Assembly: GCA_964016885.1 (NCBI GenBank)
Contig: OZ024762.1
Location: 7,316,001 to 7,380,000 of the forward strand
Origin: Eledone cirrhosa
Taxonomy: Eukaryota
Direction: 5' to 3'
Length of the DNA stretch: 64,000 nt
Position numbers and translations under genes: made by a program. Below the pieces are notes generated by a model. It did no database searches and was not told the origin of the DNA. It was given only the letters and a program-made list of their open reading frames with translations. This document shows, one piece after another, positions 51,585-61,768 of this stretch. Within the stretch, counting starts at the first letter, position 1. Each line of letters begins with the position of its first letter.

Positions 51585-52727
51585 ATGTATGTTTAGTTAG
51601 AAGAGGTAGCTGCGTGTATATATTTAGTTTTGTTTCTTTAAAAGACATGGTAACTTACTTTTGTGTCTCAATAATGTGTGTGTATATACGGCAAATAAAA
51701 CTTTACATACCTCTTTACACGAACGTAATATCCAAATATCAGTAATAGTCCCAGAGTAAATAGAATAATGTTGCCGTTTCAATACATTGAAGAGAAATGA
51801 CAACAAAGGAAGAAGAGTTCCACAAACCGGAGGTAGTTCAATGTCAACAAAGGGCAAATAACTCAAATCAAAGGGAGATAACTCTCGTCAAATTGTTTAG
51901 CAAAAACTCATGCGAGGGGAGAGCAGGCCAGCCTGCTGTGGTCCCGGCCGACCCCCGCAACGATTCGAACTTCAGACACGATCGAGTGGTCATGCCATAC
52001 CGAAATACGACAGCGAAGCCAGAAACGCTACGTGCAGCGCCACGCACAAGCCGCAATTCTACAGAGTCAAATAGTCATACTTATAGCTAAACATTTTCCT
52101 TCTTTTTAAAAAAAAAAAGAAACGGAAAGAAAGCGAGATAACACGACATATTCCGAGTGTTATCTCGTTTTCTTTCCGTTTCTCTTTCTATATAAATATA
52201 ACGGGATATATAGCCATTAAGGAACTGCTAGTGTTTTGTACATATATAACGGGATATACACGAATAGAAGCCAGGGAATATGTAGTAAGGGGTTGACTTA
52301 TATAGGGATCCAATAGTTTGACCGTTTTCGCCAACTTCAAATTCTACGTAAATAAGGTTCGCATTTTTGCCCACTTCTTAGACATAAGATAGGGAGGAGG
52401 GTCACCTTATATTCGAGTATTTTGTACATCTAGACCGGCATCATCATGGGTAGAGCCTACCAGGTGCTACTGTGTTTAACGAGAGTAAGGCTGTGGGCTG
52501 ATGTTTTAGATGGTCCTCAGGGCTCTGCTGTCAATCGACTTTGTGAGGGGCCACGTTTCTGCTCTATAGAGGAGAAGACATGCATCTTTTCAGAACAATT
52601 AATATGTAGGTAACATAGCCTTAGAGAGATCTGTATTTCTAATAGTTAGTATCGATTTGGGTAATCTTAAGACCATGATTCCAATCATCAATATATGTAT
52701 TGATTAAACCTAAATATAGTATATAAA
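51585..52727 (-). repeat. Right arm of inverted duplication (partner 45713-46965)
   Basis: Reverse complement match, e.g. 52681-52727 to 45713-45759. Confidence 0.95.
51902..52054 (-). ncRNA. Candidate structured ncRNA, copy 2
   Basis: Reverse complement of copy 1 with an 11-nt deletion in the 3' hairpin and a C>U change at the UUCG closing pair. Confidence 0.5.
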
Positions 52728-53640
52728 GAAGTGGATTTTAGAATATGCAATGATAGTGTCGAGAGAAGGCTTAGTTAGTTCTAACAATGTACCACTATGA
52801 ATAAGACAGAAAGCGGTGTATGTAGATAGAATGTTTAGTTTTCCTGATTATGAAGAGGTTTTAGTTATTATTCTTAGTAAAAAGATGGTTATATTATACA
52901 TATACGTCTCTAACATTCCTCCTGTATATAAAGGGTAGTAAAATATATTCTTGTGTCTCAGGAATAACTACGTGTTTATCGATGAATTTAAGGCTCAACT
53001 AAAACATTACATACCTCTTTAGAAGAATGAAGGTGTATATATAAATGTAGCTTTATATGTGTATATATATCTAGATAGGAAACGTTTCTTCCAGTGTATG
53101 GATTATAGAGGTGAATGCATACACTAAAGAATGTTAATATATATCTAAGACTGTATTTTCGAGTGTTTAGCAATGAATTAAAATATACATAGCAAATAAA
53201 GCGTTCGTATAGGTAAATTAGAGGGTAGTTTACCTCAGCTAAAGAACATTTATGTATATATAAATCTAGTTTTGTGTGTGTATTTAGTTTTAAATAAAAC
53301 AATATGTACGTCTCTAGAATCTTTCTGTATACAGAATAATTGTTTCTACTTTTGGCACAAGGCCAGCAATTATCCAGTGCATTACTGGTACTTTATTTTA
53401 TCGACCCCATAAGGATGAAATGCATATAGAATAATGTATGTCTATGAGTGTATATACGGCAAATAAAACATTACATACCTCTCACCATTAGTATAATATC
53501 CAGACTGATTCTATCAAATTACACGAGTAAATCCAAACAATGTTAACAGTTTAATTCAATAAAGAAGAATGACAACAAACGAGAATAGTTCCAATCAGGG
53601 GCAAGTAATTCAAACGATAACTCTCAGCGAATTTTTTAGT

Positions 53641-53789
53641 AAAATTCAATGCGAGGCGGGGACGCAGGCCAGCATAAAGCCGGGCTGCCGCCGCAACGAT
53701 TCGATCTTCAGACACATAGAATGGTCATGCCATACCGAAGTACGACAGCGAAGCCCGAAACGTTACGTGCAACGCCATGCACAGAGCGC
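53641..53789 (-). ncRNA. Candidate structured ncRNA, copy 3 (diverged)
   Basis: Keeps TATAAGTATGACTA upstream, the UUCG hairpin, the long central stem and a T4 end; lacks one whole hairpin. Confidence 0.5.
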
Positions 53790-53851
53790 AACTCTACTGA
53801 GTAAATTAGTCATACTTATAGTTAGAATTTTATTTATTAAAAAAATATATA

Positions 53852-54039
53852 TATAGAAACGGAATGAAGACAAGATAACTGAGGGCGTGGGGAAATATCT
53901 CTTTCTGAATATATTTCGTATGGTGAGAGTTGAGATCTCTACCCAATAATTATCAATATTATACTTCGTCTCCGAAATATTTTCAGAAAGAAATTACTTT
54001 TTCACGACCGTGTTACCTCACGTCCATCCCGTTTCTATA
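53852..54039. mobile_element. TA-flanked MITE with long imperfect TIRs
   Basis: TAGAAACGG...CCGTTTCTA termini; an internally deleted version forms the hairpins at 46244-46309 and 52118-52183. Confidence 0.65.
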
Positions 54040-55469
54040 TGTAACAAGTTTAAACTACTAGTATTTAATACTAATACTTATATATATATACAGAACAATA
54101 AGTATATTTACTTCAAGATAGTAATGTTTATGTTAATACAGAAAATAAAAAATGCAAACCATCGATCTTAGTAATTAGTATCAATCACTAATTATCAATT
54201 TGTGTAATAAGCATCTTAAGACCATGATTTCCTTCATCGATATGTGATTAGACCAAAATTTAGTATAATATATAAAGACTGTTCTCAGCTTATGACCAGT
54301 TTGCTTGGTGTTAAGTGTCTGAGAGTACAAGACTCTCCCTGGATAGTACGCTGGTCTACCACAGGACTAACTCCTCGGCTGTGAATACTGGAGCAATGTG
54401 ATGAATGCAGAACTTCCAAACTGTGAGAGTTACATGTATGCATGGACCTGCAACTCCTAAGGGAGTCATACAGGCCACACATTGACATACAGTATTTCTA
54501 GGGCACTTTTTAAAACCTGGCAGACCCATCTCCTCTCCAGGTCTGAATACAGCAGATTTCTTCCAGAGAAACAGAAGAATCAACCTCAATACTAGACTGG
54601 TACTTTGTTTTATCAACCTCAAATGGATGAAAGGCAAAGTTGACCTCAGCAGGATTTTAATTCAGAGAACTGAAGGCATTCTGTTACATTCATATATACA
54701 TACTTACTTTGTCTAATAAACAAAACATCTCTCTACACACACATAACATATAAAGCTACATTTATATATAGCTCTTCTAAGAAATTAAACCTACTCTAGA
54801 CTTACACATAGATACAGTTATATATAAATACTTACCTTGTCAAATAAACACAACTAAATCTTCTCTAGACAGACACACAAAGCTACATTTATATAAACAT
54901 TCTTCTCTACTGAAAAGCTCATAGGCTGGCTTTGAAGAAGTGATGCTAGAACTGCGAGATATTGTGGTTAGGTTCATTATCATAGGACTTGGTGGAGCAA
55001 TCAAAATTCACTGCCAACTCATGTACAACTTTATGATGTTCTTGATTCATCGGTGAAAAAGAATGACTCTGATAGTTCTGTTTCATGTGAGGAAGACAAA
55101 AGGAAACCTTCAGAGTGTCCATTAAGCAATATGGGATATTTCTAGAATGTAACTAATGCCAACTTGAATCATCCTTGGACATCATCATACATAGTATATA
55201 TATATAGTGTGTTTAGTACAGTGTAGTTGTAGCTAACTAGGTATTTGGTTTTATGAAATGAAAGGGACAAAAAAACAAACTATATATATATACACTGATA
55301 CTTCAATGTGTTATAAGCAATCCAATACCACTGTTGGATACATAGAGTGCTTAATCCTGCTTACACCAAAGTTTATGGATTAAGGTGGTGCAAACACAAC
55401 ACTTAAATAAATGAAACAATATATGGCCATAGTACAGAAAATTCTTATAATATATATATATATATACAT

Positions 55470-55890
55470 CTCGGGCTGGATTCTGTTGAGGGTCTTTGCC
55501 ACAAGTGACATCAATGAGATTACCCTGTAGTTGTTCATGTTAGAAAGATTTCCTTTCTTTGGTACTGAGATGATGTTAGTGATCAAGGGCAACTTTCTCC
55601 AGTGCCTGGTTACAGAACTCCAGGATGATATCATCAAAATCACACCTCTTCATCACTTTTGATGCCTCTCCATGGGTCTTGATCTTCGTGGTTCGCTGAA
55701 GCCCCTCTCTGGCGAAGGTCCTGTCTCAATATCCAGTTCCTCAAACAGCTGTCTGATCTCCCTGGTATTCTCGGCTGTCGAAGGTGGCTCTCCTAGTAGG
55801 GTCTTAAAATGGTCCAGCCTCTTCTTATCCCCAGATCTAACTCAAACTCCCTCTCTTCCTTCCTGTAATCTCGTTGATCATCATCCAGCT
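55470..55890 (-). mobile_element. LINE reverse-transcriptase N-terminal fragment
   Basis: NIISVPKKGNLSNMNNYRVISLMSLVAKTLNRI. Confidence 0.85.
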
Positions 55891-56309
55891 CTCTTTACAC
55901 TTATATATATATATATACACTGACCTCCTACAAGGTTACATCTCAAAGGAGGTTTACACCAGTTCTTTTATCCCGAGACTTTTTCAGGAACTGTGGACAA
56001 GGAGTTTCTTATGGTTGTAAGTTTTTTGAAAGGGGAAAAATAACAGAAGGTGATTGTCGTGTGAAGGAGGAAGATTGGTAGAGCAATGGACTCCACAGAC
56101 ACTGGTAAGGGTAACTTAGAACAGGATGGAAAGGTATCCATGGTGAGTGAAAAACCTAACCATTGTTTCAGCTACAGCAGCAGAGGAATTAAGTTATGGT
56201 GGGTTTGAAGAAAACAGAGTTGGATGTCTTCAATGTAGTGACTATATAGACCAGAGGCTTTCAACATAACTGATGAGTGTTTCAGTGGAGACCAGCAACC
56301 TCTGAGGAG

Positions 56310-56620
56310 CAGGGACTATAGTAGTAGAGATAGAATAGGCAGAGGGAACGGCATATTTAGGGGCTGGGGAGAGGCAGAGACTACTGTAGTAGAGGTAGAC
56401 AAGGTAGAGAGGGAACGGCATATTTAGGTGCTGGGGAGAAGCAGAGACCACTGTAGTATAGGTAGAGAGGGAACAGCATATTTAGGGGCTGGGGAGTGCT
56501 AGTGAGGAGCAGGAACCAGTGTAGTAGAGGTAGACTAGGAAGAGAGGGAATAGCATATTTAGGGGTTGAGGAGGAGCAGAGACCATTGTAGTAGAGGTAT
56601 AATGTGCAGAAGGAGGAGAG
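56310..56620. repeat. Degenerate ~60-70-bp minisatellite
   Basis: Repeated GTAGTAGAGGTAG...AGAGAGGGAACGGCATATTTAGGGGCTGGGGAG; mirrored at 63800-64000. Confidence 0.8.
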
Positions 56621-58029
56621 ACAATAATTGTGGACCAGAGCCTGTTGAATTGTTGATAAAGCTGGAGTGTCATCCCTTAATGTATCAACCTTGTCAACAT
56701 GAATGTCCTTGGGGGATAAACCCCTTTTCTACAGGTACTTGATAATACCACGATGCCAAATTTTGTCCATTTTCAAGAGGTCATTACTAATTACATTTGA
56801 AGTCCTCTTTCAACAGTCAGATGTCAGTTTACTTGGAAAGAAACAATGCAGTTATTAATAAGAAGGGTTGAAATTAATTCATGCAAGATTTCCCAGCTCT
56901 AGCATCAGTCCTTCATAGTCAGCCAACCTTCGTACTTCTGCTGGGTCAAGCCCGACGGGGGCTGACGTCTTAAACAAGCCCCAACAAATAAGAAAGATTT
57001 AGAAGAGAATATACTACTTCCTAGATATTCACACAAAAGTGACATTAGAATTATTGCTGGAAATAGCAGCCAAATATTTATCGCTCGCCACGTTTTAAAA
57101 TAATGAAGGACACATTAGAAGATGTAGTTTTAGATAGTCATATATACACATATTGGTCAACGCTGGAATCTCATTGATTCTATATACATAAGTCGGTTCT
57201 CAGAGGACCTATTCAGGTTATGGGAACTGTTTGTCCCCCGTGTAAAAATTTGGCGCATAGATATATATAATTTCGAGTATATACTTATATATGTCTGTAT
57301 GCATTTTGTTGGGGTTTAAATGGTGAAAATTTCATAAGGGAGCTGTTGTTTACTTTCATTGACAAGTCAGACCTGAGCGATCAAGACATATATTTACATA
57401 TACATAATCAAAAGTAAAAACATTGTTAATATCTTCCTTCACAGATAAAATATAAAAGATTGTATTTACATGTGTCACAGCTAATTCACCTCCGTAATTC
57501 TTGGGAAACCTGGCTTCTATTTCTAGCAAGTGGAGCGTAGACGTAGAGACGTGTTGCTGTTGTTTACTTTTATTCACAGGTCTTGAACGAGCAAGACAAG
57601 ATGACCCGACATGTGTGTAATCGATGGTATACCTGCCGTGACCATCCTGTGTTTATATGATTATCAAGGTACCCACATCTACATCTTTGAATGCACCTTT
57701 CATTGTTTTAAAAGGGTTGTAGAAGACAGAACATCTGAGGGTGAGAGGCCGGAGATCGTCAGTGAGTGGCTTTAAATTAATTAGCCATGATTCTATGAAA
57801 TAAAGAAGCGAAATCACTTTGAAGAAAAATAGGAGAACAATAGTAATTATTATGAGGCCGGTGTAGCGATTATATATTGCCCTTTGTTTACATTAACCCC
57901 TCCCGACATCATGGTAATTAGATATTCCGACTACAGGGAGGTGTGGGATGGAATGAATTCTTTTATTTATTTACTTATATCAAATAACAAACACGGTGGC
58001 AAGGAGTAAATTAAAAAACTCGCCTTTTT

Positions 58030-58200
58030 ATTTTAAAATAAAATTCAAGCATAACCTCTCCCATGATGCAACAGTGCTGGTAAATGATTTGGCGATTTAG
58101 CGACATCAGTTCCTTAAATTTCACCAGGACGAAATCTCAAGAACGATAACTCTGTCTTTACTTAATCGCAAAAATGGGTGCAAAAATTATTTCGAAACAA
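58030..58200. promoter_or_regulatory. CpG-containing module with a ZNF143/Staf-like site (four copies)
   Basis: CTCCCATGATGCAA plus AACGATAACTC; copies at 59865-60030, 60140-60294 and 62190-62365. Confidence 0.4.
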
Positions 58201-58620
58201 CACTTGCTATAGACGAAAACGGCAATATTAAAAGTATTTTCTGGATTTTTAATAGGTGAACACATCATTATATATATATATTCTACTATATATATATATA
58301 TACATTTATATATATATATACACATATACTCTTTTACCTGTTTCAGCCATCCGGCTGAGGCCATGCTGGGGCACCGCCCTTGTTGCTACACATTTTATCT
58401 CCAGCCTGTATAGGTTGGCCACTGGTGTAAGAGGGAGTTTGTTGCTGCTGCCCTTAGGTTTCCCTCGTGTCTTGCTGTGGGCTCATCCGGGATCCTGGAT
58501 AACAAGGTGTCGAGATGTTTCTTGAAGACATCCACCTCCACGTCATGCAAATCTCTCATGTATATATATATACATGTATATATATATATACATGTATATA
58601 TAACTATATATATATATATA

Positions 58621-59745
58621 TAGCATCACTCCTTCATAGGCTGACCAAGATACTCTCATGGAATGACCAAATGAGGTTTATTTTTCAACATGCAAGATTG
58701 CACAGCCCTAGCATCACTCCTTCATAAGCTGACCAAGATACTCTCATGGAATGATCAAATGAGGTTTATTTTTCAACATACAAGATTTCACAGCTCTAGC
58801 ATCACTCCTTCATAGGCTGACAAAGATACTCTCATGGAATGACCAAATGAGGTTTATTTTTCAACATGCAAGATTGCACAGCTCTAGCTTCACTCCTTCA
58901 TAGGCTGACCAAGATACTCTCATGGAATGACCAAATGAGGTTTATTTTTCAACATGCAAGATTTCACAGCTCTAGCATCACTCCTTCATAGGCTGACCAA
59001 GATACTCTCATGGAATGACCAAATGAGGTTTATTTTTCAACATGCAAGATTGCACAGCTCTAGCTTCACTCCTTCATAGGCTGACCAAGATACTCTCATG
59101 GACTGACCAAGATACTCTCATGGAATGACCAAATGAGGTTTATTTTTCAACATGCAAGATTTCACAGCTCTAGCATCACTCCTTCATAGGCTGACCAAGA
59201 TACTCTCATGGAATGACCAAATGAGGTTTATTTTTCAACATGCAAGATTGCACAGCTCTAGCTTCACTCCTTCATAGGCTGACCAAGATACTCTCATGGA
59301 ATGACCAAATGAGGTTTATTTTTCAACATGCAAGATTTCACAGCTCTAGCATCACTCCTTCATAGGCTGACCAAGATACTCTCATGGAATGACCAAATGA
59401 GGTTTATTTTTCAACATGCAAGATTGCACAGCTCTAGCTTCACTCCTTCATAGGCTGACCAAGATACTCTCATGGAATGACCAAATGAGGTTTATTTTTC
59501 AACATGCAAGATTTCACAGCCCTAGCATCACTCCTTCATAGGCTGAACAAGATACTCTCATGGAATGACCAAATGAGGTTTATTTTTCAACATGCAAGAT
59601 TTCACAGCTCTAGCATCACTCCTTCATAGGCTGACCAAGATACTCTCATGGAATGACCAAATGAGGTTTATTTTTCAACATGCAAGATTTCACACCCTAG
59701 CTCACTCCTTCATAGTGAGCCTATGAACTTTTAAGCCTACCTTCG
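58621..59745 (+). repeat. 88-bp satellite array, 12 full copies plus partials
   Basis: Unit TAGCATCACTCCTTCATAGGCTGACCAAGATACTCTCATGGAATGACCAAATGAGGTTTATTTTTCAACATGCAAGATT(G/T)CACAGCTC. Confidence 0.97.
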
Positions 59746-60313
59746 TATATGTAAACAATGTATTTATTTAATATACAAATAATTACTATTGCTACAGTTA
59801 AAAAATGTACAAAAAAAATTTTTTAATTCAGTTTTTAATTCATGCAACAATTGTGTTAAAGAAATTCGAAATAATTTTTGCACCCATTTTTGCGATTAAG
59901 TAAAGACGGAGTTATCGTTCTTGAGATTTCGGCTCGGAGAAATTTAAGGAACTGATGTCGCTAAATCGCCAAATCATTTACCTGCCCCGTTGCCTCATGG
60001 GAGGGTAATGGCTGCCTTTTATTTTTTAAACGATGGCAGATTCTTTAGTTTCTTTCGCAGCATCTTGTTTCTTGTTTCATATAAGTAAATAATTAAAACA
60101 TTTTGGCGAGAAAGATATTAAAAAGACTGCCATGGTTTTCGAAAAATAAAAGGCACCATTACCCTCCCATGATGCAACGGGAGCAGGTAAATGATTTGGC
60201 GATTTAGCGACGTCAGTTCCTTAAATTTCCCAGAGCCGAAATCTCAAGAACGATAACTCCGTCTTTACTTAATCGCAAAAATGGGTGCAAAAATACTTAC
60301 ATTGTTTGTATAT

Positions 60314-61768
60314 AAGGTAGGCTTAAAAGTTCATAGGCTCACTATGAAAGAGTGATGCTAGGGCTGTGCAATCTTGCATGTGGAAAAATAAACCTCATTT
60401 GGTCCTTCCATGAGAGTATCTTGGTCAGCCTATGAAGGAGTGATGCTAGAGCTGTGCAATCTTGCATGTTGAAAAATAAACCTCATTTGGTCATTCCATG
60501 AGAGTATCTTGGTCAGCCTATGAAGGAGTGATGCTAGAGCTGTGAAATCTTGCATGTTGAAAAATAAACCTCATTTGATCATTCCATGAGAGTATCTTGG
60601 TCAGCCTATGAAGGAGTAATGCTAGAACTGTGAAATCTTGCATGTTGAAAAATAAACCTCATTTGGTCATTCCATGAGAGTATCTTGGTCAGCCTATGAA
60701 GGAGTGGTGCTAGAGCTGTGCAATCTTGCATGTTGAAAAATAAACCTCATTTGGTCATTCCATGAGAGTATCTTGGTCAGCCTATGAAGGAGTGAAGCTA
60801 GAGCTGTGCAATCTTGCATGTTGAAAAATAAACCTCATTTGGTCATTCCATGAGAGTATCTTGGTCAGCCTATGAAGGAGTGATGCTAGAGCTGTGAAAT
60901 CTTGCATGTTGAAAAATAAACCTCATTTGGTCATTCCATGAGTGTATCTTGGTCAGCCTATGAAGGAGTGAAGCTAGAGCTGTGCAATCTTGCATGTTGA
61001 AAAATAAACCTCATTTGGTCATTCCATGAGAGTATCTTGGTCAGCCTATGAAGGAGTGATGCTAGAGCTGTGAAATCTTGCATGTTGAAAAATAAACCTC
61101 ATTTGGTCATTCCATGAGAGTATCTTGGTCAGCCTATGAAGGAGTGAAGCTAGAGCTGTGCAATCTTGCATGTTGAAAAATAAACCTCATTTGGTCATTC
61201 CATGAGAGTATCTTGGTCAGCCTATGAAGGAGTGATGCTAGAGCTGTGAAATCTTGCATGTTGAAAAATAAACCTCATTTGGTCATTCCATGAGAGTATC
61301 TTGGTCAGCCTATGAAGGAGTGAAGCTAGAGCTGTGCAATCTTGCATGTTGAAAAATAAACCTCATTTGGTCATTCCATGAGAGTATCTTGGTCAGCCTA
61401 TGAAGGAGTGATGCTAGAGCTGTGAAATCTTGCATGTTGAAAAATAAACCTCATTTGGTCATTCCATGAGAGTATCTTGGTCAGCCTATGAAGGAGTGAA
61501 GCTAGAGCTGTGCAATCTTGCATGTTGAAAAATAAACCTCATTTGGTCATTCCATGAGAGTATCTTTGTCAGCCTATGAAGGAGTGATGCTAGAGCTGTG
61601 AAATCTTGTATGTTGAAAAATAAATCTCATTTGATCATTCCATGAGAGTATCTTGGTCAGCTTATGAAGGAGTGATGCTAGGGCTGTGCAATCTTGCATG
61701 TTGAAAAATAAACCTCATTTGGTCATTCCATGAGAGTATCTTGGTCAGCCTATGAAGGAGTGATGCTA
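60314..61768 (-). repeat. 88-bp satellite array, ~16 copies, inverted
   Basis: Reverse complement of the 58621-59745 unit. Confidence 0.97.

Larger units (their letters stand above)
53450..54960 (-). repeat. Older, diverged inverted duplicate of ~45130-46750
   Basis: Collinear reverse match including the donor, structured element, TATA, TCTTAAGACCATGATT and the same SINE and MITE fragments in the same order. Confidence 0.85.

Noticed and set aside
45713-52727. Polinton/Maverick or other TIR transposon defined by the 1.2-kb inverted arms
   Set aside because: No integrase/polymerase remnants inside, no clear target duplication, and a third older copy extends past the arm boundary
57580-57630. 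Possible exon after tttattcacAG (VLNEQDKMTRHVCNR)
   Set aside because: Weak donor, no partner exons, no recognisable homology
58621-61768. Regular arrays as possible CRISPR (also 24760-25028, 34718-35328)
   Set aside because: Head-to-tail repeats with no unique spacers, no cas genes, eukaryotic context
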